A stretch of DNA of 64,000 nucleotides from Octopus sinensis (lineage: Eukaryota). How positions within the stretch are numbered: position 1 is the first letter of the stretch; every line of letters starts with the position of its first letter. The notes beneath the pieces were generated by a model that saw only the letters and a list, made by a program, of their open reading frames with translations, did no database searches and had not been told where the DNA came from. Positions 13,000 to 26,057 of the stretch are shown here, piece by piece. The DNA lies in assembly GCF_006345805.1 (NCBI RefSeq), contig NC_043005.1:108500001-108564000 (forward strand), in the 5' to 3' direction. The position numbers and the translations under genes are program-made.

Positions 13000-14878
13000 A
13001 GAGAGCAGCGTGCAGGCAGAAACGTTAGCATGCTTCTGGCGTTTTTTTGTAGTGTTGACATCATCTGTTTTGTTTCAGTGCCTTTAAAAAAAAAAAACTG
13101 GTTAATTGTTTTTGTGCTGCTTTGCAGCGATTTGTTTGTACTTCCTTTCCTCTTCTGAGGAGAGTTAGATTTGGACAAAAAGAAGTGTATGTTCTATTCA
13201 GATCTAAGGGGTGTGGAATTGTCTTCAGAGGAAGAACTGCTCAGAGCAGTAGAAAACAATGGATAAAATAATTTAAATAGAGGAAAAAAAGAAAAATTTC
13301 GCGGAAGTGGCAAGACAAGAGGAAGAGGAGATTGATATCAAGAGAATTAGTAATTTTAAAAATTTGACTTGTAGAGAGGGGTACAACGTGGAATTGGTCC
13401 CTCCAAAGGAAATGTTGGAATGCATTAGGAGAAAAACAATTACATACAAAAAATTTTCTACAAAGACAGGAAGAATAGAGAATTCAAACACAAGCCAAAT
13501 AGAAAAGTGCTAAGGCCCATGTGGCAGGATATAGTCTTTTTAAAGAGAGGAACAAGATTTGGTACAGTAGAGGTGAGGTTCGCAAAAGAACAAAATGCAA
13601 AGAAACAGGCAGCAAAGACAATACAGGACAAAGAAGTGGTGTTGTTCCCCACTTGCATGGGTAGACGGGCAACTAGGATTAAAGTCGAAGGTATTCCACC
13701 TGAAATAGACGTGGCCTGGGTAGCGGCCGCAGTCCTTAAAGGAAGTGAGGATGATATAGCAGTGCTCCAGGCCACGAGAACCAGATGCGAGATGTGGAAG
13801 GGGAAGACACTTGAGATGACAGTATAAGTTTCAACGGAAATAATCTTGTTTAATGAAACGGATATGAGGGCTAAGGAGGAGGGAAAAGTCCCAAGATGCT
13901 ATAAATGTGTCTAAAGGGCCACATTAGAGTGGACTGCCCGAGAAAAGTGGAAGAACAGTCAAAGAAGGTAGAGGAACCTGCAGAGATAATAGAAAAAGAG
14001 GAAAAACTATCAGAAGAAGCATGGAAAGTGGTAAGCGGGAAGAAAAGGAAGAAGGCACATAATTTGAACTCTGAATCCCAACCCACCCCACCCATACCCT
14101 CTCAGACCCACCCTTCTCCCACAGACACAGAGCCTACCCATTTCCCTCCGACACGAATCCTAAAACAAAAATGACACATACACACAAGAAATTTTAAACT
14201 CCCTCCCCCAGACAAAAAAGAAATGTACAGTATTCATAAGAGACGATTTAAATGAGGAGTTGTGTCAAGAATTGGTGAAATGGGACGATTTTAAGGAAAT
14301 AGCAACCCATGGGTCTGAAAGTGTTGAGAGGTATCACCGTCGTGTGCTGCCAACGAAAGAACAATTGGACAGAGTATTGAAACATAAAAGTGGTTACGGG
14401 TGGTGAGAGGTAGAGTTGGACAGAGAGGAACTACCAGAATTATCAACGTATGAGGAAATACTAGAACTATATGGAATAGACCTTCTTGAAGGAACGGGGT
14501 GCAAAAGGTGCTAAAGGGTAGAAATGGGATCGCCCAGAAGTGGGGCTGACTGGCCCCATTCCATTTTTCATTTTCATGTTTATCATTCCTCTTTGTCATA
14601 CGTTTTTATTTTTTGATTTTTCGTTTTGTGGCCCGACATGTGATATGTAGTCCCCTCTATGTTGCCCCCCTGGTGGGCCATAAATAAAATTTGAGAACTG
14701 TTAGCATGCCGGGCGAAGTGCCTAGCGGTATTTCGTCTGTCTTTACATTCTGAGTTCAAATTCCGTTGAGGTCGATAAATTAAGTACCAGTTGCGTACTG
14801 CGGTCAAGCTAATCGATTGCTCCCACATCCCCAAAATTCCGGGCCTTGTGCCTAGAGTAGAAAAGAATATACCATAAT
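13000..14878 (+). mobile_element. SINE family B split by an insertion (5' part 13000-13033, 3' part 14694-14878)
   Basis: Head GAGCAGCGTGCAGGCAGAAACGTTAGCATGC stops at 13033 and resumes as GTTAGCATGCCGGGCGAAGTG at 14700. Confidence 0.75.
13034..14693 (+). mobile_element. Non-autonomous ORF1-only L1/Tx1-like retroelement (HAL1-like), degenerate
   Basis: Frameshifted gag-like ORF1 (KTITYK...FLKRGTRFGTVEVRF...GRRATRIKVEGIPPEI; broken CCHC knuckle RCYKC/LKGHIRVDCP at ~13895-13940). The 3' UTR ends in ATAAATAAAA, there is no ORF2, and the TSD is 16 bp (14/16 match). Confidence 0.75.
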
Positions 14879-14989
14879 AACAATCGGTCTCGTTACATTA
14901 CTTTCGCTATCTTCAAAACTAGCAGTTTCACTGTTTGGAATTTTCTTTTTATCTATTGTTCCTATATACGTTCATTTATCCAAGTGCCA

Positions 14990-17760
14990 AGAACTCTTTC
15001 TTGATCTATGCTTGATTCAGGACTCTGTGAATGAGACGAACTGCAGAAAATCCCGTCTGATAAACAGTGACCACACCTGCTAACTGACAAGAAAGTAGAA
15101 TAGTAGCAGTTCCAGCTTCATCAGCAATAAAGCAGGGCAAGGGACAACAGTTAGGCATTAACAGAAGCAGTTTATGGATTCGCCATCTCTACCCGAACCT
15201 TCAGAGATAGCTTCTCTGCCTACTTCTGGGTGAAACTGGCCACCCTGATTCAGGTGTCAAGCTGCAGGCCCACCAACTTCTGGTTGATCTTTACTCCTGT
15301 CATCGCTTCGTACTCTTATAGGGTAATGCCAATCTGTACGATTCCCACGATATCTAACACTATTTTGGTGACGTCTGCATAAGCTAACGTAAATCATCTG
15401 GATGCCCCTCAAAACATCCAGCTTTCATGGTAATGGTTCAAGAGCCAGCTTGTACAGAAAGGGCGAGATTGGAACATTCTTGATGGACTGAACGTGTGAT
15501 GCTAAACAATTCTGATTGGTGACCATTTATTTTGACCACCAAACAAATGTTGGTGTACACTGCAGTGATCCAGCCGCTGAAAATAGGACTAAAACCGGCC
15601 TCCTAGTAATGGGATTGAAACTAAGAGAGCCTCCTATTAACGGTAGTCGACCGTTTGATTGATCAAATTGATCAGGAACCCATCTATGTTAGGTTCGTTA
15701 TCTACCCTCTATGATGTAGCTGTTGAGGTGGAGGTTGTCGTGGATGTATCCGTTTGAGATAGCACATGTCAGCACGGCATCAATCTCTTGGTTAACTCCT
15801 TGACCAAAATTTAGAAATCATCGTCCAGCAGGGTTACAGGCCTTCAATTATCTATTTTCCCATACTCCACCGTTCGAGTCTTTCCTTAGCAGCACCACCA
15901 CTCTACGGCTCACAGAACTGGGAATTCTCCCATTCTGCTACCAAGAGATCACTGAATAAGTCTGGCATATGAAGATAAAGATTGAAGGGCAAGCCATCCA
16001 GCTCTGGAGACTTCTTTGTGCAGCTAGTCCTTCCGTCCTGTGTGTCTTTGGCAGTTATCAGCATTTCGCAGAACGCTGAATCCCTGGCTGAAAGGCATGG
16101 CATGCAATCGAGGTAGAAGGGGTAATCCACCCTCATCTCCAACTCACCACATGCTCCTTATAATTCGCCAAAATGCTGCTGAAATTTTGCACACACCAGC
16201 TTGGGTTGAAGTAGCATGCACTCACTCCGACCCTGAATTGTGACTTTGCTTAAACGTTTTCCCTCTCCCATCCGAGCCCATCAAACGGTTTTCTTTTCCT
16301 TGTATCCTAGCACAGGCACACAAGCTCTGACAACGAACTCATCATACTTGGCAGTTAAGAATTGATCAAGAGCCTATCTTGCTGCCAACACAACAGTCTC
16401 TATGGCTCTTCTAAGTGCCTCTTTTACCATCTTAGCTCAGACTCCCTCTATTCTAGATTCCTTTAACGCTATTTCTTTACTAAGCCTCAGCACCTCTACT
16501 CTAATGGCTCTTTTCAGAACTATCTACCGTCAATTGTTCATGATTGCCCCAATTACTTCTGGTGGAACAACTTGCTAACTCGCTCTCGGAAAGACATGCT
16601 GGTAAAGACACATACAACTTCCAGTAATTAAATCTAGGTCAACCATACAGATCTCAAGTTTGCGGTTTGTGTAGCTGACAGCTTTGAATTGTGGACAACT
16701 TATGCTACTTTTCTCTAGAAGCAGTCTAGAAGACCTGATGTTGTTTGCCAATGTCCAGAATGGTGCATTCAGTAAATCCAGTTGGTACCTGTCAGCCAGT
16801 TGGAAGTGACTGAGCAGGTTTGTGAAGCTTTTACACCCACCTCTCCTATCAGCTAGCGCCATCCTACTTTGGCTTGCATCCAAAATGGCATAGCAGTCAC
16901 CCACTAGAATTAATGAGTGAGACATCCCTAGAAAAAACTTCCAAAGGTCTGAAGAAATTCAGCTGCCCAGCCCCAATTAGGGAGTACACAACAGCTAGTA
17001 TAAGATCAGCATCTAGGACTATCACCTTACCACCTGGGTCCAGGAAAATCGTCTGTATCTCGAGATTCAGGCCTTTCCCAAAAGGTACTGCTACTCTGCT
17101 TCCCATTCCAGATCAAGACAGAGATGTGTAGATCTCAAAGTCGTCAAAATTTGGGGTACATGTGTGCATGTCAGAAACTCTGGTCTCACTGGTGGCTTTC
17201 ACATCCAAACCTAGTGACCTGAGGTCATTGAGGGAGTGACCTTGCTTCCAAGACGAACCCAAGCTACATAAATTTATTTAACCTAATTTAATAATTACTA
17301 TGTTAGTTAGAAATAGTTTAGAGAAAGGGAAAAAGTGGGTTACTTACCCTCTCTGTACAGTTGGAAGGCAGGTGGTCTGACTTCTGAACCAGAATGAGGT
17401 TCCTTTGGCAACCTCTTCAAAAGTCTGCTTGTACCTTTTATATTAGAGGTTCCAACGTCATAGAGGGAAAATCTCTCCGTTTCAGTTCAATTTTAGTGGC
17501 ATGTGCACTAACATTGAAGTTTCCAGCCCTTAAAAGTGCTGGTGTCACAAATTGCAGCCTCTCTCTCTCAATATCTTCTTTTGGGAATGAGTTGGAGTTG
17601 TGATGGTTTTGATGGTACTTGTGTTAGCAGTGGTTGTGTTGATGGTTGTGGAGCTGGTGGAGCTGTCGTTGTCATTGATGTATCTGTGTTTGTTGTGAGA
17701 GCATATTTTTGTGTTTTCTGGTGTGTGTGTTGATGTGAAGCAAGGTGTTTTTCCTGTGTT
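14990..17760 (-). mobile_element. Degenerate L1/Tx1-clade LINE: ORF1 tail, APE endonuclease and RT remnants
   Basis: APE: GSSWKQGHSLNDLRSLGLDV..SETR, DPGGKVIVLD, SLILVGDCYAILD. RT remnants include ALEPL and AYAD-VT (decayed YADD) at ~15370-15430, and TGVKINQK. Many stops and frameshifts. Confidence 0.85.
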
Positions 17761-17781
17761 ATAATGATAATAATAATAATA

Positions 17782-17827
<46 letters not shown>

Positions 17828-17985
17828 ACCTCGTTCAGAGATTTATTATTGCAATAATAATAATAATAATAATGATAATAATAATAATAATTATAATACC
17901 ATGTATTCTCTTTTTCTTCTTCTTCTTCTTCTTCTTCTTCTCTTCTTCTTCTTCTTCTTACTACTACTACTACTACTACTCCTAA
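17760..17985. repeat. (AAT)n, (CTT)n and (CTA)n compound microsatellite
   Basis: Directly visible. Confidence 0.95.
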
Positions 17986-18751
17986 CTTTATCATCACTAC
18001 AATAAACAGAGACCTAGCATATAGGAATATAAACAATAACACCAGGAGGTTTAAAAGAATGTGTGTTAAAATGGCATATGAGTTCAGTCATTGTATTATT
18101 AATTATATGTAATAAGCTTTTTGTTATTAATATCAAAAACTACATTGCAAGTCACATTGGAAATATATTTTCTAAGAATCCATTGCATATATCAGTTAGA
18201 AAAGATGTATGTATGCTTGTGTGTGTGTGTGTGTGTGTGTGTTTGTGTTTGTGAGTGTGTAAATTTATATACATATACATGCTCACACATGCATAAAGAA
18301 ATGGATATTCATATGTACATAAATACATAAAGACACATACACACACACACATACACACACACACATACACACATATATACACAAGCACTTACATATTGAT
18401 AGAAATAACCATACATACAAATATGTTCCTATGTTGCATTCCTTTTGGATTTGCTTGCCCACTGGAAGAATTATGGTTCCATTCTGCCGTGGACAAGTGA
18501 TTTGCTCCTAAAATGGTTGCAAGGGTGATTCTTAGAAATTCTCAAGACAGCTGCCTGCTTGGCATCAAAAGCTTGCATAGATAAACAGAATAACTAAAGC
18601 CATTTAATTTCCTCTGTAGGAATAAAGGGTTGCTAGCAAAGCACAATTCCAGCCAAAGTCTTTCATTATATGTAACCTGTATTGCAGAATATATTGTAAT
18701 AAGAAATACCAAAAAGAAGTAAAGAATCAGAAAAAAAGAAAAAAAAAACAC

Positions 18752-18756
18752 TAGTA

Positions 18757-18844
<88 letters not shown>

Positions 18845-18850
18845 TGATGA

Positions 18851-18905
<55 letters not shown>

Positions 18906-18931
18906 TAATAATAATAATGATAGTAATAATA

Positions 18932-19024
<93 letters not shown>

Positions 19025-19045
19025 CAATAATAATCATTAACAGTA
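18752..19045. repeat. (AAT)n microsatellite
   Basis: Directly visible. Confidence 0.97.
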
Positions 19046-19124
19046 ACAAATAAATAAATATGCAAAATAATAAGTATAAAGAAAAGAAAAAAATCATGAT
19101 GGAAAAAATTGCAACATAAATATT

Positions 19125-19282
19125 AATAATGATGATGATGGTAATGGTGATGATGATGATGAGGAGGATGATGAGGATGATGATGATGATGACATCAACG
19201 AACATGACGATGATGTTGATGGGGGATAATACTGATAGTGGTGGCAGCAGCGACATTGATAATAAATATGAAAGTGGTGGCG

Positions 19283-19315
<33 letters not shown>

Positions 19316-19316
19316 T
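19125..19316. repeat. (GAT)n and (AGT)n microsatellites
   Basis: Directly visible. Confidence 0.9.
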
Positions 19317-19431
19317 TAATAGGGGAAGGCCAAAAGCTTAGAATTGCTTGCATGCTCAGGAGAGAATGGAAAATATTACTGAGTAATCTACTCTCTATCT
19401 GTACCTTACTCCTCCTCTAACTCTCCTTCTC

Positions 19432-19470
19432 TAATATATATATACATATATATATATGTATATACATACA

Positions 19471-19513
<43 letters not shown>

Positions 19514-19525
19514 TCATATATATAC

Positions 19526-19562
<37 letters not shown>

Positions 19563-19659
19563 TATACATATATGTATATATATATACATATTTATACATT
19601 CATATATATACATATACATATATATATATACATAAATATGTGTATGCATGATGCACTCT

Positions 19660-19708
<49 letters not shown>

Positions 19709-19749
19709 ATATATATATATATGTATTATATATATATATATATATATTC

Positions 19750-19780
<31 letters not shown>

Positions 19781-19922
19781 TGTGTATGTATACAGATATA
19801 TATGTATATATACACGTACACATATGACCACAGGCACACATACTTTCACATATTCATATACATAAATATGTGTATGTATGTAGCAAGAGAGAGAGAGAGT
19901 GAGAAAGAGAGAGAGTGAGTGA
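19432..19922. repeat. (TA)n/(TACA)n tract ending in (GA)n
   Basis: Directly visible. Confidence 0.95.
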
Positions 19923-20103
19923 GAAGTTAGTATGGAAGTGTGAGAGTTAAGAAAGCAAATTATCGTGATTAAGAAAAAGGGTGAAAAGGAGATTTACACA
20001 AGAAAAGAAAGAAAAAGAGTAGGGATTGATATCAGTGAAGAAAAAGAAGGGAACTGTGTGCATAGAAGGAAAATGAAATGATATGGAATGAAGTGAAAGA
20101 AAT

Positions 20104-20318
20104 CATGATGAGGATGTTGGTGATGAGGCTGATGATGAGAGCAATGAGGAAAGTAATAATGATGATGATGATGGTAATGATGGATATGTTGATGATGATA
20201 ACGGTGATGAGGATGACGACGATGATGATGATGATGAAGAGGGTGGGATCATACAGATTGCTAGAGGTGGATTTGATGTTGCCAACAACAGTCATAATGA
20301 AACTGGAGATGATGGTGA

Positions 20319-20352
<34 letters not shown>

Positions 20353-20357
20353 GGTGG

Positions 20358-20389
<32 letters not shown>

Positions 20390-20467
20390 CTGATGATGAT
20401 GATGGTGGTGGTGATGATGATGGTGGTGGTGATGATGATAGTGGTGGTGGTGGTGGTGGAGGTGGTG

Positions 20468-20512
<45 letters not shown>

Positions 20513-20830
20513 GTGGTGGTGATGATGATAGTGGTGGTGGTGGTGGTGGTGGTGGTGGTGATGGTGGTGGTGATGATGATAGTGGTGGTGGTGGTGGTGG
20601 GGTGGTGGTGGTGGTGGTGGTGGTGGTGGTGGTGCTAAAATAGTGACAAAATATTATCAATGGGGATAATGATTTGATGCTGCTGCTGTTGCTGATAATA
20701 ATGATGATGACACTACTGGTAATAATGATGCTACTGCTGCTGCTGTTGATAGTGGTGGCTGTGGTTGTGGTGATAGTGATCGTGCTGGCTCCGGTGGTGA
20801 GGGAGGTGGTGGTGGTGGTGGTGGGGAATG
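20104..20830. repeat. Alternating (GAT)n/(GGT)n array
   Basis: Directly visible. Confidence 0.95.
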
Positions 20831-21044
20831 AAGGTGGCAATCAAGCTGGTGATAGAAAGCAACATTAAAAGACAGGCAAAGTTTTTGGTGACATAAAGAC
20901 GGGTTTAAGGTCAGATTTAGAGGGTAGAGCTACGTCCAAAATGGGTGAAAGCTGCGACATGTATAGAACAGGAAGAACTCAACGTGCAACATCACTGAAC
21001 AGAATGAAAATTACATAGAAAGAAAGAATAAATTATAAATAAAA

Positions 21045-21089
21045 ATGTTTATATATGTGCTTAAATGCATACATACACATATATATATA

Positions 21090-21170
<81 letters not shown>

Positions 21171-21398
21171 ATATGTATGTATATATATGTATATGTATAT
21201 ACATATATATATATATGTATATATCTATGTATATGTATATATATATGTGCATATATATACATATATGTATATATGTATATGTATATGTGTATATATATAT
21301 GTATATGTATATATATATATGTATATGTATATATATATGTATATGTATATATATATGTATATATGTATATGTATATATGTATACATATACACATACAC

Positions 21399-21444
<46 letters not shown>

Positions 21445-21545
21445 GTGTATATGTGTGTGTGTGTATAAATATACAACACATGCATAATAGATACATATAT
21501 ATCTGTATGTACATACATACATACATACATACATAGACATACAAA
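21045..21545. repeat. (TA)n/(TATATG)n tract
   Basis: Directly visible. Confidence 0.95.
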
Positions 21546-21927
21546 CAGACAGAGTGAGAAGCTCATATTCACATACGCAATATCCACACATATATACATG
21601 ACAATTTAGTATATGTGTATAATACATGCAAAAATAGAATAAAAGAAAGTAAATTCGTCATCTTTTCACATCTTTAATATTTTTACTTTGTAACATAAGG
21701 CATAGTCTTTCATTTGTACTGCTTCTTCAACCATCTCAGTCGCACACTGGAAACTATTTATACGAAATTTGTACAACATGGTTACACATATAAATATAAT
21801 GTGATATTTAGCTGCAGACATGCAGGCATTTCTTCAAATTTCCTGTATGTAACCATGCACTCACACATATACCCTGGGAGCAAACACATTATCTAAACTT
21901 ACATATAGCTCTCTAGTAGTCAAGCAG

Positions 21928-22179
21928 TATATATATATATATATATAAATATAAATATGTGTGTGTATGTGTATATATGTATACATACATATATTTATAT
22001 ATATATGTATGCATATATATATGTATATATATATGTATATGTATATATATGTATATGTATACATATATATATGCATATATATAAATGTATATATATGCAG
22101 ATATATATATATATATATACACATACACATATATATATATATGTATATGTATACATATACACATACACATATATATATA

Positions 22180-22212
<33 letters not shown>

Positions 22213-22350
22213 TATATATATATATATATATACATACATACATATGTGTGTGTGTGTGTTTGCATGTGTGAGTCTACACACATGCTCGCACACATGCACA
22301 CACACACATGCATATACACATACATTATATACATATTTATTCACATACAT
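21928..22350. repeat. (TA)n/(TG)n/(CA)n tract
   Basis: Directly visible. Confidence 0.95.
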
Positions 22351-22619
22351 GCACAACCACATATATATTGCAAGTTGCAAGGAGAGGCTAAAAGAAATAC
22401 CAATATTTTCTTTCATTTTCCGTTGCATCAATTTAGGGCTGAAATATAGTAAAAATAAGAAGGGATAAGGTAAAAAAAAATACAAGAAAAAAATCACAAT
22501 CACACAACAAAAACAAAATATCTATAGAAATCATATCAACTCTACCAACAAAATATTAGGCATAAACACATTGGCTATCACTAGAAAAACAAAGGCAAAG
22601 GTTACAAAAACGAAAATGT

Positions 22620-23450
22620 TTCATTATTTTCATCATCATCATCATCACCATCACTATCACCACCATCACTACCATCACCACCGTCATCACCATTATCATC
22701 ATCATTATCACCATAATCATTGATATCATCAGAAAGACTATATATGGTAGCAGGGCAAAAAAATAAAAGTAACGTCAGGATTTTTACCTGTATGAAATTC
22801 ATCATCTTGCTTAGCCTTGTCAACGTCATCCGTGACAGTAACATCGTCAGCAACATCAGCATCTTCGCCATCATCATCATCATCATCATAATTTTAAACA
22901 TCCTCATCAGCATAATCATTATTGATTTATCTTATCTTCCTCGTCATTACATTTACCACATCCATCCTCTTAATAAACATCATCACCATTTTAATTCTCA
23001 CACACAATATTCCAATCATAAAGATTTTCACATCCATGAGAATCTCCGACACTACAATGTCAATCATCAAAACTACCACACAAGCTAGCACTTCTTTCCA
23101 TTGTCAACACCACAGTGCCAACACCAGAACCACCACCCCAGTCACAGTTACTAATGCCAACACTGTCATCAATATATCCTCCAACAACCTCACTACCATT
23201 ACCTCTACTACTATCATTTCTTCTATCTTCCCCACAAAAATCACTTCCATCAACTCTGTTACAACCATGATGCTATGACAACCATAACTGCTACCATCAC
23301 CAGCATCAACACCAATACCAACAAAGCAGCAACATTAACATTACCTGCCACTGCCAACTTCGTCAGTACAACTGATGCAGTAATTCTAAATCCTCAAGAA
23401 ACTACAAATTCTACAAGCAGGACTAGAACAACCAATGAACTGGTTAAGGA
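22620..23450. repeat. Highly degenerate CAT/CAC-rich low-complexity tract
   Basis: Decayed trinucleotide array. Confidence 0.8.
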
Positions 23451-23541
23451 AATGTCATAACATGACAAATGATTGTAAAAAATATGAATTAAAAGCAGTT
23501 GAGAACCTGGATATGTAATAACAAAAGCTGAGCAATGAAAG

Positions 23542-24024
23542 CATGCATAAGATCTGGTCATCAAATCTAAGTAGAGACTTCAAACTTGAAATCCTCAAAG
23601 CCGCAGTCGAACCAATTCTACTATATGGCTCAGAAACCTGGACGTTATCAAAGAAGCTTGAGAGGTGGTTGGATGGAACCTACACTTGCCTCCTTATGAG
23701 AGCTCAAAATCTCTCGTGGAGGCGTCATCCAACCAAAATGCAAATATATGGGAAACTACCACCTGTGTCATCTCTTGTGAAAGGTAGAAGAGTCCAGTTT
23801 GCTGGACATTGTTGTAGTGCTGAAAACGAGGCAATTTCTACTCTTCTCCTCTGGAAGCCATCTACTTGCAATACCAGAGGGCACACACTCTCCTACCCTG
23901 ATGTAATCTCCAGGGATACAGGCATCCAGCAACAGGACCTCCGTAATGCCATGATGGACCGTGAAGTCTGGCGTAGCATGGTAAATTCCATTGTCTCGAC
24001 CACAGTCGAACAATGATGAATGAT
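23542..24024 (+). pseudogene. RTE-clade LINE 3' fragment (ORF2 C-terminus plus (GAT)n tail)
   Basis: 157-aa ORF with AVEPILLYGSETWTL, RRVQFAGHC and AMMDREVWR, followed by a TGATGAATGATGA tail. Confidence 0.92.
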
Positions 24025-24230
24025 GAAGGAATTGCCAAATGAAACAATAACAACCAAAAACGTCTTAATAAAGCAACATGTAGTCAATGGAAACAATAGC
24101 CATATATAAAAGAATAAATACATTTTAATGAATATAAAACTAGTCAAATTGAATAATCGAACCTTAAAGATAAGAGGACTTGCATATGGAATGTATTAGT
24201 TTGGTGCTTGGTAAAAGTGGAAAAAAAGAG

Positions 24231-24500
24231 AGGGTTTTTGACGTTTCAAGCATAGCTCTTCATCTGAAAGGAAAATGGAAAAGTCCAGAGAAGGAAAAAT
24301 ATCGCCCACAGCATGTATGTGGTTACATAGGGGAGGTAATTGAAAGTGGAAAGAGATAGAGGAAGTGGTTTTCTGGGGACAGAAGAGTGCAAAGATGGCT
24401 GGTGTATGTGTGTGGTTGTGTTTATGTGAGTGATATATGTATATAAAACTAGCCTGAAATACCACAGGAAAACCAGTTCCTTTGGTAATTGCATTGGAAG
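24231..24500 (-). mobile_element. Penelope-type pseudo-LTR fragment with decayed minimal hammerhead
   Basis: Minus strand CAGATGA-AGAGCTATGCTT-GAAACGTC (24240-24266). Confidence 0.5.
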
Positions 24501-24621
24501 ATACTTTTCTACAAGCCTTTAAAAATATATTAGGGTTTTAGATGAAGCATAAATTGTAGGGTTTATAATTCAGTGGTTGATTCTGAGTCAAACTATTGCA
24601 ACATCCAAGACACCTACAAGC

Positions 24622-25250
24622 TCATTATCATCATTGTTCGACCGTGGTCAAGACAATGGAATTTACCATGCTACGCCAGACTTCACGGTCCATCATAGCA
24701 TTACGGATGTCCTGTAACTGGATGCCTGTATCCCAGAAAATTACATCAGGGTAGAAGAGTGTGCACCCTCTGGTATCGCGAACAGATGGCTTCCAGGGAG
24801 AAGAATAGAAATTACCTCTTTTTCAGCTCTACAACAATGTCCAGCAAACTGGACTCTTCTACCTTTCACAAGAGATGACACAGGTGGTAGTTTCCCATAT
24901 ATTTGCATTTTGGTTGGATGGTGCCTCCACGAGAGATTTTGAGCTCTCATAAGGAGGCGAGTGTAGGTTCCATCCAACTGCCTCTCAAGCTTCTTTGATA
25001 ACGTCCAGGTTTCTGAGCCTTATAGTAGAATTGGTTCGACTGTGGCTTTGAGATTTTAAGTTTGAAGTCTCTACTTAGATTTGATGACCAGATCTTATGC
25101 ATATCATTACAGGCTGACAAGGCCATACCCTTCTTAGTTAGAAAATCTTTGTCAGATGATGATATATATGACCTAAGATATTTGTAATCAGAAACCATAT
25201 TTAAGAGCGTATTGTTGATAGTATGGACGATGCAATCACTGTTGGACAGG
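24622..25250 (-). pseudogene. Second RTE-clade LINE 3' fragment, same family, inverted
   Basis: VSDYKYLRSYI...MHKIWSSNLSRDFKL...LMRAQNLSWRRHPTKMQIYGKLPPVSSLVKGRRVQFAGHC, frameshifted; (GAT) tail at 24622-24634. Confidence 0.92.
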
Positions 25251-26057
25251 CATTTGTTTACATATTCGGTCTTGGCCTCATTTAGGTAAAGACCTACACA
25301 ACTTGAGGCTTGTTCGAGAGATTGTAAAAGAGACTGCTACTTTTGCCCTAGGCATGACTCTACCACTTGCACTGCTTTATTTGCCTTTCATTCCTCAGTG
25401 CAATGATAGCTATGACTTCTTCTAGTTATTGCAGTCCTCATACTGTACCTCTCCATCTTAACATAAATTCTTTTGTAGAATCATTGGATGAGAGCTAGAA
25501 TGTGTTGATGATCCCATACAGTGCTGCACTACTGAAACTGCAGGCTAACCCCCAATCACTGTGGAGAAAGTTATTGATCTTCCTTATGAGGGATTCTACT
25601 GCTATTAACGGAAACATGTAAGCCAGCAGAAGTATAAGGCTTTGGGCAAGATAGAATGGTGCTAAATCAAGGCTTTGAATTTGCCATGTACGTCTCACTT
25701 GCTGATCTTAGTCAAAGTTTATGGTCTTTCTTATGGCTGTAGATTCTTTTAAACCCTAGTGTAAATGCTTCCCTAGATTCTTGACTGGTTGCTCTACGAT
25801 GGAAGGAATTGCAGCTGAATGAACTGAGAAGAATTTGTCAACAACTTTCACCCTCTTCTGCACTATGGTTCTTGATTTAGCATGCTTAGGACTCATCCTT
25901 GCCCTGGTGATAAGTATATGTATTTACATTAATGTTGGAAAAATTGTATTTACATTGGCAATGGGTGTAAAAATGCTAACTATTCACAGAAAATATCCAA
26001 AGTGGATATGTGTCATTAGGAATGAAGTGGAAAAACAAAGAATATGATTGTTTTGTT

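Noticed and set aside
18542-20868. Poly-Leu/Ile/Met/Val/Ser ORFs
   Set aside because: (AAT)n, (GAT)n and (GGT)n microsatellites.
21740-21850. Possible small exon between TA tracts
   Set aside because: Open frames exist on both strands, but the splice signals are ambiguous and the peptide is unrecognised.
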